A stretch of 40,002 nucleotides of DNA, from assembly GCA_039800365.1 (NCBI GenBank), contig JBDLQW010000152.1, positions 1 through 40,002 on the forward strand, written 5' to 3'. Position numbers and translations under genes: made by a program. Each line of letters begins with the position of its first letter. The first letter of the stretch is position 1. Shown piece after piece: positions 18,947 to 30,226 of the stretch. The notes below the pieces were generated by a model. The model was not told where the DNA came from. It saw only the letters and a program-made list of their open reading frames with translations, and did no database searches. The stretch is from Pseudomonadota bacterium (lineage in GTDB: Bacteria > Bdellovibrionota > UBA1018).

Positions 18947-18976
18947 TTGACTTCGAGGGGCGGCGCTCGCTATCAC
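18947..18976 (+). promoter_or_regulatory. Sigma70-like promoter of SPOR gene (leaderless)
   Basis: TTGACT-18nt-TATCAC-6nt-ATG(18983). Confidence 0.5.
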
Positions 18977-18982
18977 CGAAGG

Positions 18983-19861
18983 ATGAACCAACGGTCGCGT
19001 CTGCTGATTTATGAGCGAAAAGAAATCCTCCTTCTCGGGGTGCTCTCGCTTTTGGTCGCTATTTTCGCCTTCACGTTTGGCATTCATCTCGGAAAGCGAG
19101 TGCCTCCTCGAGGAAAGCCCGTAGGAACCGAACCGACGGAAGTCAGTCAGGTGACCCAGCTTCCGGACCAAGCTCCGACTCGAGCTGAAGCGCAGGATAA
19201 AGTGGCAGGTGCCAGCCGCGCCGCTGGCGAGGTTTTAGACGAAACCCTTCGTCAGGAAGTGGAGTCCGTAGGGCTGAAGCTGGATCACCCCGTGGCTGTG
19301 GAGCTTCCGAAGAAAACGGTGGCCGAAAAACGGTCACCTCACCGGGTTGCCCCTGAAGGGGGTAAGCAGGGCGCTTCTGCCGAGGAAGCTTCGAATTTAA
19401 AGCCCGAGGGGGAAGTTCGAAAAAAAGCTGAGATTTCAGCTGCTCCAGTTCAGGCGGTTTTCACCATTCAGATTCTCGCACTTCCCGCCTCAGAGGAGGC
19501 TCAGCTGAAGACTCTCCTCGATCAGTTGAGGAAGGCGGGCCTGAAGCCTTGGGTTCGAAAGGCAGAGATTCCAGGAAAAGGTACCTGGTATCGAATTCAC
19601 GAAGGGGCATTTTCGACTAAAGATGCTGCTGAACAGGCGGGGGCAGTGCTGAAGTCAGAGGGAAAAGTGTCTTCTTATGTGGTCACGCGAACAACGGCGG
19701 GTGAGAAGCACGCCGAGCCCGCTCACGCCAAGAAGACGGGTGGCCTTTCCGCTGATCATGGGTCAAACGCCGCGTCAAAAGCTTCAACCGCAGATGAAAA
19801 AGGGTCTCAGTCTTCGAGCTCTGCGTCCACACCTTCTTCAGAGGGAGAGCATCATGAGTAA
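18983..19861 (+). CDS. SPOR domain cell-division protein (FtsN/DedD-like)
   Basis: N-terminal TM helix, disordered linker and a SPOR-like FTIQI...GTWYRI..G.F..K..A. Confidence 0.82.
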   Translation: MNQRSRLLIYERKEILLLGVLSLLVAIFAFTFGIHLGKRVPPRGKPVGTEPTEVSQVTQLPDQAPTRAEAQDKVAGASRAAGEVLDETLRQEVESVGLKLDHPVAVELPKKTVAEKRSPHRVAPEGGKQGASAEEASNLKPEGEVRKKAEISAAPVQAVFTIQILALPASEEAQLKTLLDQLRKAGLKPWVRKAEIPGKGTWYRIHEGAFSTKDAAEQAGAVLKSEGKVSSYVVTRTTAGEKHAEPAHAKKTGGLSADHGSNAASKASTADEKGSQSSSSASTPSSEGEHHE

Positions 19862-20225
19862 GCAAGAAATCCTACGAGTCGAGAAGCCCTGGGGTCATGA
19901 ACTGATCTGGGGCAAGACCAAGGACTACGTGGGTAAGCTTCTTTTTATCAAAAAAGGACACAAACTTTCGCTTCAGTATCACGAAGTGAAAGAAGAGACG
20001 ATCTACCTGCAGTCGGGAAAAATGACCTTCGTGATCGAGAACGATCGGGGCGAGCTCGAAAATGTCTCGCTCGTGCCTGGAGAGGGACACCACATTCCCA
20101 CGGGAAAAAAACATCGAATGATCGCTGACGAAGATTGCGTGGTTTTCGAAGTATCGACTCCGCATCTGCAGGATGTGGTGCGCCTCGAAGATGGTTATGG
20201 CCGCACAGGCACGTCGAAGGCGTAA
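19854..20225 (+). CDS. Cupin protein, mannose-6-phosphate isomerase type II-like
   Basis: VEKPWG, LSLQYH...EE, H.M and DVVRLEDGYGR. Start at 19854 overlaps the SPOR stop. Confidence 0.85.
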   Translation: MSKQEILRVEKPWGHELIWGKTKDYVGKLLFIKKGHKLSLQYHEVKEETIYLQSGKMTFVIENDRGELENVSLVPGEGHHIPTGKKHRMIADEDCVVFEVSTPHLQDVVRLEDGYGRTGTSKA

Positions 20226-20230
20226 CACTT

Positions 20231-21292
20231 ATGGCAACTCATTTGGTGGTGATGGCCGGAGGAAGCGGCACCCGTTTTTGGCCACGAAGCACGCTGCGTA
20301 GGCCCAAACAGCTTTTGGCTTTTGAAGGGCTATCAGAGCGAACGCTCTTGCAACAGACGTTAGATCGCTTCGAGACGGTGCCCGCCTCTCGCCGCTGGAT
20401 CGTAACCACCGAGCTTCTCGGCGATGCTGTCGTCGAGCAAGCTGAGGGCGCCCAAGTGCTTCGCGAGCCTCAGGGACGGAACACTGCCCCGTGTATCTAT
20501 TGGGCGGCTCAAGAAATCGCCCAGCGAGATCCCCATGCAGTCATGATGGTGATGCCCTCTGATCACATGATGAAGGATCTGGGCGCTTTTCAAGCCACTG
20601 TCGAGCAAGCAGTAGCCTGGGCAGCCGAGCATGATGATTTAGTCACTTTGGGAATTCGGCCTTCGCGTCCCGAGACGGGGTATGGGTATCTGCGAACGGG
20701 GGCTTCGCTCGAAGCGCGAGGCGAGCGTTCGGAACACTCTCCACTTCGTGTCGAAGCGTTTGTCGAAAAGCCCGACTTTGCACGTGCCGATCAGTTTTTT
20801 CGTTCGGGGCAGTACCTCTGGAATGGCGGCATGTTTGTTTGGAAGGCCTCCCTGATCTTGGCGGAATTCGATCGGTTGATGCCTGAAATGCGTCGGGCCT
20901 GGGAAAGTTCTCAAGGCCGCATTTCAGAAGCCTATCCCCTGATGACGGCCACTTCGATTGACTTTGGGATCATGGAGAAAGCCCGCTCGGTAGTCACCTT
21001 TCCCTTGGATTGTGGTTGGGATGACTTGGGAAGCTGGACTTCGGTAGAGCTTTTGGCCCGTGAGCGAGGTCGTGAGCAAGACTGGGGCGTAGGGCTGGGC
21101 GGCGAAGTCGTTTCGGTGGCAAGTTCGGGCTTGGTGGTCGATGCGCCAGGGCGTGTGGTGGCAACTTTGGGAGTGGATGATTTGATCATCGTTGACTCAG
21201 GCAAAGTGCTTTTGGTTGCCACTAAGTCTAGAGCCCAAGAAATCAAAAGTCTCGTCGATGCTGTGAAAGTCTCTCGTCCTGAGCTGGCTTAA
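20231..21292 (+). CDS. manC: Mannose-1-phosphate guanylyltransferase
   Basis: MAGGSGTRFWP.S...PKQ, EPQGRNTAP, PSDH, GYGY, FVEKP, SIDFGIMEK and GWDDLGSW. Confidence 0.93.
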   Translation: MATHLVVMAGGSGTRFWPRSTLRRPKQLLAFEGLSERTLLQQTLDRFETVPASRRWIVTTELLGDAVVEQAEGAQVLREPQGRNTAPCIYWAAQEIAQRDPHAVMMVMPSDHMMKDLGAFQATVEQAVAWAAEHDDLVTLGIRPSRPETGYGYLRTGASLEARGERSEHSPLRVEAFVEKPDFARADQFFRSGQYLWNGGMFVWKASLILAEFDRLMPEMRRAWESSQGRISEAYPLMTATSIDFGIMEKARSVVTFPLDCGWDDLGSWTSVELLARERGREQDWGVGLGGEVVSVASSGLVVDAPGRVVATLGVDDLIIVDSGKVLLVATKSRAQEIKSLVDAVKVSRPELA

Positions 21293-21321
21293 TAAACATC
21301 CTGGCTGCTTGTGAAGTTGCG

Positions 21322-22425
21322 TCAGGCCTTTCGTTTTCGCTTTTGCTCATTGAGAGCTTCGATCGATTTGATCACGCGTTGAAATCGAGCGGCCGCCACG
21401 AAGTCTTCTACCAGGATGGATGAAAGCACCTCGTCTGCTGATTTCGCAGTGACATTCGATGCGTAACCGAGCTTCACGAGCTCGGCGAAATCATCAAGTC
21501 GCACGGGGCAGCGCCCGCCTTCGGGAGTTTCTTTTTTCAGAATCTCGGCGACGTTAACGAGCGCAAAGCCATCAGCGTCCTTGGGGTAACGATTCAGGTG
21601 CTTGAGCACGAGGCTCATCGTAAGAAAGCCACGATTCGAAATGTCGTGCCGTTTTGACGGCTCCTGTAGGTTTTCCTCGTTCATGTAATGAATCAGTTTT
21701 TCAAGAAAGTTGATGTCGAATAGGGCAACCGTGCCGCTGGTGTCGGTTTTCATGAATCCGGCCATCGAGAAGGCATCGATCACGCTAGTCACTTTCGACG
21801 AGGGTACCTGAAGAATTTGATTCGCGTAGCGCAAGAGCAGTGAAGCGTTGACTTCCACCCCTTCGCGTCCAGTGACTTCGATCGGGTCTCCCCAACGGTC
21901 GGCTACAAGAAGGATCGCGGTGCCCACTTTCATCACGTCGATGGCAGAGAGGTAAACGTGTTGAGCTACCCGCTTGCCGTCCTTCTCGCTAAACACGTAT
22001 TCTGAGCTTGAAGTTTCGAGCTGCCGAATCTTGGTGCTGGCCGAGCGCAGTCGAGTGACTAGGGTTTTTAGCAGGATTTTCAGCCATTCGGGAATCGTGC
22101 CTAAAACTCGTTGAAAAGCGGGACCCGAGATCTCGACCAGCTCAGTCTCGCAGAGGGCTTCGGCCGAAGCCGAACGCGGATTGCCGTCGAGAAACGCAAG
22201 CTCACCCACCAGCTGGCCCGAGCGGATGCTGTCGATTTCGATGTCGGCTTCGCCTTTTTTCTTCGAGATTCGAATCGAGCCCTGCCGAACTAAGTACATC
22301 GCTCCGGCGCCTTCGCCTTCGCGAAAAAGGCTTTGGCCCTTTTTGAGCCGAATGGTTGATGCCGAGACCGATGCCTCGTTCATGGCTTTTGCGGGATCCA
22401 TTGGGCTTTTAGCTGCAGTGCTCAT
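21322..22425 (-). CDS. Cyclic-nucleotide-binding (Crp-like) domain protein
   Basis: LFREGE...MYLV..G.I.I and GELAFLDGNPRSASA. Confidence 0.88.
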   Translation of the reverse strand: MSTAAKSPMDPAKAMNEASVSASTIRLKKGQSLFREGEGAGAMYLVRQGSIRISKKKGEADIEIDSIRSGQLVGELAFLDGNPRSASAEALCETELVEISGPAFQRVLGTIPEWLKILLKTLVTRLRSASTKIRQLETSSSEYVFSEKDGKRVAQHVYLSAIDVMKVGTAILLVADRWGDPIEVTGREGVEVNASLLLRYANQILQVPSSKVTSVIDAFSMAGFMKTDTSGTVALFDINFLEKLIHYMNEENLQEPSKRHDISNRGFLTMSLVLKHLNRYPKDADGFALVNVAEILKKETPEGGRCPVRLDDFAELVKLGYASNVTAKSADEVLSSILVEDFVAAARFQRVIKSIEALNEQKRKRKA

Positions 22426-22438
22426 GGTCTCGTTTCCG

Positions 22439-24829
22439 TTATTTCGTTGTCATTTTCCAGCTGCCGTCCCAGCCCTCCTCGGGGGGCTCAGCTTTGAATT
22501 GCTCACAGCGTTCGATGTACATGTCGCAGACTTCATCTGATTCGGCCTCTCCCCGAAGCAGGGAGCTGGCGGCTTTGAAGCCAGAAATCGCTTCATTCCA
22601 GCGCATCTGGGTGTAGAGGGTTCGCGCCTCATTAAAGAGCTTCACGCCTTCGCTTGAAGGCTCGTTTTCGAAGATTTGAATGAGTTCGACGGCTTCGTTT
22701 TTTCCCTTCACTTTCACGAAATCCAAGGTGCGAAAATGAGGAAGGGGTTTTCCCGCACCCTGAATGGCATTCAGGGTGAATCGGGTGGTAAGAATACTGG
22801 AGTGGTATTCCTTGGTGAGACCTTCGAGCCGTGAGGCCAGATTCACGTGGTCGCCGATTACCGTATATTCGAAGATTCGGTCTGAGCCCATGTTACCTAC
22901 GTTGACGCCGCCTGAATTAATTCCGATTCCGATGTTCACATCAACGCCGTACTGCGCTTTGAAGCGAGCACGGTTTTCAGCGAGTTTTCTCATCATGATC
23001 TGCGCTGCTAAAACCGCATTGGCCGCATGGTCAGGCTGATCCAGCGGAGCTCCCCAAAAGCTCATCACTGCATCGCCGATGTATTTGTCGAGGGTACCGT
23101 TGGTATCGAAGACCACATCGGTCATGATTCCGAGGTAATCGTTCAGAAAGGCTGCCAGACCTTTGGGGTCCATTTTCTCAGACATCGTGGTGAATCCGCG
23201 AATGTCTGAGAAGAGGATGCTGAGCTCGCGCTTCTCGCCCCCGACCGTGAGCTTCGTTGGATCTTTAAGGATCGAGTCGACAATGGCAGGCGAGACGTAC
23301 TTCGAGAACGCGCCTTTGATAAACTTTTTGTTTCGCTCTTCAAGAACGTACTTCACTGCCGTCGTGAAGACGAAAATCGTTCCGAGCTCGGCATAAAGGA
23401 AGCTGAAGTCCCAATGAATATTTTTGGGGAACAAGAGCTTCAGATCGATGAAGCCCAGCGAGGCAATGGCCAGGGTTCCCAGTAGAAGAGCGGGAATCGA
23501 CTCGAGCCGTTCGGTGGCGATTGCGAAGGCAACTCCTACGGCAAGCATGCTGAGGAGCATGATGATCGCGTAGGTTTCTTGGTGAATGCCCCCGATTGAG
23601 AGGAAGTCGTTCGAGAGAATGTTATCCAGAATTGAGGCGTGTCCTTCGGTTCCAGGAACGTTGGAGTCGAAAGGGAACGCTCTCATATCGAAAACGCCCA
23701 GCGCAGAAACCCCAACTAGAACATAGGCGTCTTTAAAGACGTCGCGAAGCGATTCGGTGGCCGGCCCTCGAAACGTTTCGGTTTGTACGGTTTGATCGAG
23801 CGACTCGGCGTTCAGGACTTCCGAGATGCTCACGTATTTGAAGGTGCGAGCCGGGCCTCGAAAATTGATCGTCGTGCCGCCGATCGGAGTGATGGGCAGG
23901 CGCGTTCCCGAGGTTTTCCACTGAAGGTTGCCGATCTTTCGGCCTTGTTCGACCGTGATTTGCAATTCATCATTTAGACCTGCTCGGGCGATTTCCAGCG
24001 CGAGAGACGGGTAGAGGCGCTTTTCAAAAGCTTTAATCAAAACCGATCGACGAATCACCCCGTCTGGGTCGAGGGCAGTATCAAAAAGACCAGCGTGTTT
24101 TGCAACGAACTGAAACTCTCCTTGATTGGTAATGGGCAGGACGCCAGTGACCAACGGGGTTTGGTCCCACTGGATTTCGGCGCCTTCGAGCTGCTCGGGG
24201 GGAATTGCAAATTGGCTCAGTCCCGTCAGTCGAGCTCCGTCGGATTCGAGAAATTTGAGTTGCTCTGTTCGAGCGGGATCGTCGAGTTGGCACTTTTCTC
24301 GAGAATCGAGACTGGGTTGGCAACTGCCTTCTAGCGCCCAGCCCAGGACGATTTTGGTTTTTGAAGCCATGGCTTTGGCAAGTGCTTGGGTAAAGAGTCC
24401 GTCGCCATCGTACTTCGCATCATGCAGCGCCCTGGCTTTTGGGTCTCCAAGCTCGTTCAAAAAGTCAGAGCTGACGATCTGATCGCGCTCAGAAAATACG
24501 ATATCGAAACCGATCACTTTGGGCTCAAGAGCAGAAAGATTCTCGATTAAATGAGCCATGCGGTCGCGATGCCAGGGCCATCGGCCGAACTCGCTTAAAG
24601 AAGGGCTATCGACTTCAACAATCACAATTTTGTTTTTGGGGGCTTGTGGGCCTCTAAGGCGAAATTTCAGATCGAGGAAGATGCTGGAGAAGCGACGCAG
24701 GTGAGGGAAGAGCCGCTCGCGAAGCGTTGGATGCGTGAGATCGCCCTCGACGCCTTGCTGGGTGATCCAAAAGGCCGCAGTAAAAAGCAAAATGATCGGA
24801 ATCTGTAAGTACCAAACACGGTTTTTCAT
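22439..24829 (-). CDS. CHASE2 domain class III adenylate cyclase
   Basis: CHASE2 motifs (GRWPW.R, GFDIVF, DPDGVIRR), 3 TM helices, FSDIRGFT, DKYIGDA and YTVIGDHVNLASRLE. Confidence 0.93.
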   Translation of the reverse strand: MKNRVWYLQIPIILLFTAAFWITQQGVEGDLTHPTLRERLFPHLRRFSSIFLDLKFRLRGPQAPKNKIVIVEVDSPSLSEFGRWPWHRDRMAHLIENLSALEPKVIGFDIVFSERDQIVSSDFLNELGDPKARALHDAKYDGDGLFTQALAKAMASKTKIVLGWALEGSCQPSLDSREKCQLDDPARTEQLKFLESDGARLTGLSQFAIPPEQLEGAEIQWDQTPLVTGVLPITNQGEFQFVAKHAGLFDTALDPDGVIRRSVLIKAFEKRLYPSLALEIARAGLNDELQITVEQGRKIGNLQWKTSGTRLPITPIGGTTINFRGPARTFKYVSISEVLNAESLDQTVQTETFRGPATESLRDVFKDAYVLVGVSALGVFDMRAFPFDSNVPGTEGHASILDNILSNDFLSIGGIHQETYAIIMLLSMLAVGVAFAIATERLESIPALLLGTLAIASLGFIDLKLLFPKNIHWDFSFLYAELGTIFVFTTAVKYVLEERNKKFIKGAFSKYVSPAIVDSILKDPTKLTVGGEKRELSILFSDIRGFTTMSEKMDPKGLAAFLNDYLGIMTDVVFDTNGTLDKYIGDAVMSFWGAPLDQPDHAANAVLAAQIMMRKLAENRARFKAQYGVDVNIGIGINSGGVNVGNMGSDRIFEYTVIGDHVNLASRLEGLTKEYHSSILTTRFTLNAIQGAGKPLPHFRTLDFVKVKGKNEAVELIQIFENEPSSEGVKLFNEARTLYTQMRWNEAISGFKAASSLLRGEAESDEVCDMYIERCEQFKAEPPEEGWDGSWKMTTK

Positions 24830-24882
24830 CGATGAGCGCTCTCTGACCTTCCTATCGGCCGAATTCACGCTAAACTTGTGGG

Positions 24883-25329
24883 ATGAGGCCTGAATCCTTT
24901 CGAGTTTTGATCGCTGATGACATGCCCGCAGTCAGGGCGATTGTGCGCGACATGTTGGAGGCGATGGGATTTCGACAGTTTCATGAGTCTGAAGATGGTG
25001 CCTCGGCTTGGCGAACCCTTTACGACGCCTGTCAAAAAGAACACTCCCGATTTCATCTCGTGATTTCAGATTGGCTGATGCCAGGGATGGATGGGTTGGC
25101 GCTGGTGCAGAAGGTCAGAGGGCTGCCTGAAACTCGCGCAATCCCGTTCTTGATGGTGACTTCGCAAAGCGAGCGCCACTATTGGCAGCAGGCAGAAGCG
25201 GCTGGTGTTTCGGGATTTATCGTCAAACCCTTTGATCCCGAGCAACTTCGCGATCAGTTGTTGGCGGCTTTATCTCCGCTCGCTTCGGGTTCATTGGCGA
25301 GCCCTCGTGCTGGCGCCCGCGCTTTTTGA
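24883..25329 (+). CDS. Single-domain response regulator (CheY-like)
   Basis: LIADD, ISDWLMPGMDG, VTS and FIVKPF. Confidence 0.92.
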   Translation: MRPESFRVLIADDMPAVRAIVRDMLEAMGFRQFHESEDGASAWRTLYDACQKEHSRFHLVISDWLMPGMDGLALVQKVRGLPETRAIPFLMVTSQSERHYWQQAEAAGVSGFIVKPFDPEQLRDQLLAALSPLASGSLASPRAGARAF

Positions 25330-25562
25330 GGCGACTCATAAAAGAAGGACATCGCAGTTTGAGAGCGGCTTTTGTCTCCGGGCCATAGCGAGCTTCGCAT
25401 GAGCCATCCCCCGACCACGACCAGAACCAGCACCCAAAATCCCCACCAGAACCCTGTCAAAAAGGGATCGCTCGGCTCGGGTGCGGGGGGCTCGTCCTGA
25501 AGCGGCCGCCCTGGGCCCGGGGCCGTGGTGCTTTTTTCTGGATCTGGTGGAGCAGCCCTCAT
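25254..25562 (-). CDS. Possible small single-pass membrane protein
   Basis: Pro-rich N-terminus then GFWWGFWVLVLVVVGGWL. Fills the gap between regulator and kinase but overlaps the regulator 3' end. Confidence 0.4.
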   Translation of the reverse strand: MRAAPPDPEKSTTAPGPGRPLQDEPPAPEPSDPFLTGFWWGFWVLVLVVVGGWLMRSSLWPGDKSRSQTAMSFFYESPQKARAPARGLANEPEASGDKAANN

Positions 25563-25666
25563 GAAAGGGGTGTCGGAACTTTGGCGTCAATACTTGAGAG
25601 AAATGTTTTGTTTTTATGGGCAATGCTGCTGCGGAGGTTCGGCCCAATGCTGGCTAGGTCAGAAGT

Positions 25667-26917
25667 GTGGATGATCCCAAAGCAATGGCACCCCTTTTTG
25701 GATTAGAAGAAACGCCTCTGGAGTCGGCCAGGCTTCTCGACACGAGTTTGCACCAGTGGCCCCGTACCGAGCAGGAAGTGCAAGAGGCGGTTTGCCGTGG
25801 GCTTCGCAAATCGACCGGGGCTGAGTGGGTGGGGGCGTGGCTACCACCTTTTGCTCGGCAGTCGAGCCCCGAGGGAAGCCCCGCTCCGGGGGCAATGCCC
25901 TTGGTCGGTCCGTTTCTTTCGGGCGATAGCATACGAGGGTGGGCTGCCGAATCGAGGGGGGATCTCTTCGTTGTCGAGCGGCTTCAAAACGATACTCATG
26001 AAGCGCTGAGTTTGCGTTTTCCTATTGCTCCGTCGCTTGAGCCATCAGCCAAGGGGGTGGTTCTGGGAGGCTTGGTTTGCGTTTTTGGGCGCGTTGCCTC
26101 TGAAGGGCCAGAGCCTTTTGCGTGGCGCGCTGTCTTGATGCAAGCCGTAGCCAATCATCTCGCTCATCTTGCGATCGAGAGTGAGATGCGAAAGCAGGTT
26201 CGAGTGCGCGAGCAGTTTTTGGCGATAGCGAGTCATGAACTCAAGACACCATTGACGTCGATCTACGGCATTCTTCAGCTGCAAGAGCGAATGCTGAAAG
26301 CGATGCTGTGGCCGATTGAGATGAAAGCCGATCAAGAGCGTCATCTCTCATTTCTGAGGCTCGTCATTCGTCAGAGCGAGCGTCTTACTGAGCTGATTGA
26401 TGGGTTGCTCGATGTTTCGAAGGTTCAAGCAGGTAAATTTTCAATCGAACCTCTTGTGGTCGAGCTTCCCCACTTGATTTCAGAAGTGATCGAAGAGCGG
26501 TTCGCGCCCTTGGCTCGCGAGTCAGCTCTTCAGATCCTACTCGAAAAGCCCGAGGCCTTGAGTGCTTGGGTAGATCCGGTTCGCTTTGAAGAAGTGGTCA
26601 ATAACCTGATCATGAATGCCATGCGGCTCTCGCCCGAAGGGGGAGTCATTTGGGTGCGGTTACGCACCGAAGGCAACGATGCGGTCTTAAGTGTTCGAGA
26701 TCAAGGTCAGGCGATTTCTGCCGAAGATCGAGGCAAAGTTTTTGAGCCTTTCGAGCGCGCTAAGGCCGTGGTTCGAATGGGCGGCCTGGGCTTAGGTTTG
26801 TATCTCTCGCGGCAGATTGCGCGACTTCATGGTGGCGAAGTGGTGCTGTTGCCCAATATCGCCTCACGAGGCAATGTTTTTGAAGCGCGTTTTCCGGTGC
26901 GAAAGCCTTCGGTTTAA
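25667..26917 (+). CDS. Sensor histidine kinase
   Basis: SHELKTPLT H-box, NLIMNA N-box, V.DQG, F.PF and GLGLGL. Confidence 0.92.
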   Translation: MDDPKAMAPLFGLEETPLESARLLDTSLHQWPRTEQEVQEAVCRGLRKSTGAEWVGAWLPPFARQSSPEGSPAPGAMPLVGPFLSGDSIRGWAAESRGDLFVVERLQNDTHEALSLRFPIAPSLEPSAKGVVLGGLVCVFGRVASEGPEPFAWRAVLMQAVANHLAHLAIESEMRKQVRVREQFLAIASHELKTPLTSIYGILQLQERMLKAMLWPIEMKADQERHLSFLRLVIRQSERLTELIDGLLDVSKVQAGKFSIEPLVVELPHLISEVIEERFAPLARESALQILLEKPEALSAWVDPVRFEEVVNNLIMNAMRLSPEGGVIWVRLRTEGNDAVLSVRDQGQAISAEDRGKVFEPFERAKAVVRMGGLGLGLYLSRQIARLHGGEVVLLPNIASRGNVFEARFPVRKPSV

Positions 26918-27612
26918 TGCTGCGCTGAGTGTGGCTTGCGTGAGCCCGTCAGGCCTACGGCAATGAACGTCACCATCAAGACCCAGAAGATCCAGGCGGC
27001 GGGACTTGAAGTCGAATGAAAGTCGACGCCTGGCAAATGAGCAGCATCGACGATCAGCTTGGCGCCAATCAGAGTCACGAGAAGGTAGGCGGTGACTTCC
27101 ATTCTCGGAAACCGATCCATCAACACAATAAAGATATTGGCCGCAAAGCGCATCAAGACTACGCCAAGAAAGCCCCCAGTGAAGACGACCCAAAACTTTT
27201 TTGAAAGCGCCACGGCAGCAAGAATGGAATCGACCGCAAACGCAATGTCGGTGAGCTCAATGATGAAGACGGTTTTCCAGAAGCTCACCGGCTTGCCCTG
27301 GGTTGTCGAGTCCTCGTTCGATGGGTCTTTCGACTGGCGTTGATCCCAAAAATGCTTGATTCCCACATAGAGCAAATAAAAGCCGCCGACCCACTTGACC
27401 CAAGTCCAGCGCATTAAAAACGATGTGAGTCCGAGGGCAATGAGTCGAAACGCGACCGCGCCGATCAGCCCATAAGTCAGAGCCTTTTTTTGTTCCTCTT
27501 TTTTCAGGGGCTTGGCCAAGAGCGCGAGAACCAAAGCGTTGTCAATCGAGAGGATTCCCTCGAGAAACGCCAAAAGGCCGATCACCGCTAAATCATTCGA
27601 CGTAAAAGGCAT
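26914..27612 (-). CDS. TerC family integral membrane protein
   Basis: LEGILSIDNALV and IELTDIAFAVDSILAAV. Confidence 0.92.
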   Translation of the reverse strand: MPFTSNDLAVIGLLAFLEGILSIDNALVLALLAKPLKKEEQKKALTYGLIGAVAFRLIALGLTSFLMRWTWVKWVGGFYLLYVGIKHFWDQRQSKDPSNEDSTTQGKPVSFWKTVFIIELTDIAFAVDSILAAVALSKKFWVVFTGGFLGVVLMRFAANIFIVLMDRFPRMEVTAYLLVTLIGAKLIVDAAHLPGVDFHSTSSPAAWIFWVLMVTFIAVGLTGSRKPHSAQH

Positions 27613-27675
27613 ATCAACGATTTAAACTGGAAAGAGGGGATTGAAAAGAAGAGCGGGAAGCTTTCATCGAAAAAG

Positions 27676-27751
27676 TGGTGAGTCATGATGGATTCGAACC
27701 ATCGACCCTCACATTAAAAGTGTGATGCTCTACCGACTGAGCTAATGACTC
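27676..27751 (-). tRNA. tRNA-Lys (anticodon UUU)
   Basis: GAGTCATTAGCTCAGTCGGTAGAGC...CTTTTAA...GGTTCGAATCC...ATGACTCACCA; 76 nt with encoded CCA. Confidence 0.97.
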
Positions 27752-27794
27752 ACGCTTCGATGACAGAGGAAGCTTACCTACCAGAGGCTTTCTC

Positions 27795-29135
<1,341 letters not shown>

Positions 29136-29189
29136 TTAGGTTCTAGAGGGTGTGTTCGTGTTTGGATAGGGGGAACTCTATTTTTTGCG

Positions 29190-30185
29190 TTAAGCGGGCT
29201 CTGCCGGAAGCAAGGAGACTGCGGCTTGCTCTTCTGGCGAGGGTCGACGGCTGGGACGAACGACTCGCCGATAGAGGCTCATGCTCGGGTCAAAGAGGAA
29301 GCGCAGGAGCAGCTTCGTGTAGGAATCATGAGAATAGAGCGTGTCGTAAAATTCAGGCGCCATGGCTTTGAGCTTCTTGAGGCGCGACCAGGGAATCATC
29401 ATGAGGTCATGATGCTCGTTGTGATAGCCCACGTTGAACATCAAGCGGTTCAGAGGGCCATAATAAGAGTAAGTTTCTTGCGACTCGTGAACCACATAGT
29501 GCTCTTGAATCCATCGGGCGCCAAAGGGGTGCAGTCCCACTGAAAAAACCGTGGAAATCATCAAGTAAGCCAGAGCTCGAGGGCCACAGGCTTGGGCTAT
29601 CGCCACAGCATAAAGCGCCTGGGCGACGACGTTCGCGAGGGTCCAGCGGTCAAGCAGGTTCACCTTTTTGATGCGCATCGGACGAACCACGCCTTCGATC
29701 ACCAGAAAGCCCAGCATCCAAAGCGACTTTTTTAGCCAGTGATTACCGACCAAACGGGCTTCGGTCGGGCCAGCAAGATCAGCATCGTAGTCGAGCTCGC
29801 CTTGCTTGAAGTGATGAAGTAGGTGAAAGTTCCTGAAACCAATCGCTGCTGGAAAAATGGCTGGCAAATTGACGATAATCGACGCGAGCCGATTGGCATT
29901 CGAACTTTTGAAAATCAAATTGTGGGCGCATTCATGGATCAAGACGAAAACCGCGTGATTCGCTGTCGCGCCCACCGTGAACGCTGCGATGGCAATGGCC
30001 ATCCAAGAAGCCTGGGCCAGCCCAGCGGCAAGCGCAGTCTGTAGAAGGACCAGTGCGAGCACCCATAGAAACGTCGACGGAGTGTTTCCGAAAAGTTGGC
30101 GCACTTCGGGATGACTCTTCAGCAGGCGCTTGGCCCGATCTTTGTGAGGCTCAGGGCTGATCGACTCGTGAAAGTGGTCTGTCAT
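29190..30185 (-). CDS. Sphingolipid delta-4 desaturase (DES1/DEGS)-like membrane desaturase
   Basis: N-terminal EPH..R...L..HPEV..LFG, His boxes HECAH, HLLHH and HNEHH, and QETYSYYGPLN. Confidence 0.88.
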   Translation of the reverse strand: MTDHFHESISPEPHKDRAKRLLKSHPEVRQLFGNTPSTFLWVLALVLLQTALAAGLAQASWMAIAIAAFTVGATANHAVFVLIHECAHNLIFKSSNANRLASIIVNLPAIFPAAIGFRNFHLLHHFKQGELDYDADLAGPTEARLVGNHWLKKSLWMLGFLVIEGVVRPMRIKKVNLLDRWTLANVVAQALYAVAIAQACGPRALAYLMISTVFSVGLHPFGARWIQEHYVVHESQETYSYYGPLNRLMFNVGYHNEHHDLMMIPWSRLKKLKAMAPEFYDTLYSHDSYTKLLLRFLFDPSMSLYRRVVRPSRRPSPEEQAAVSLLPAEPA

Positions 30186-30226
30186 ACGAACAGACCATCA
30201 CAGGCTTCGATCAATACCAAGGTGAT

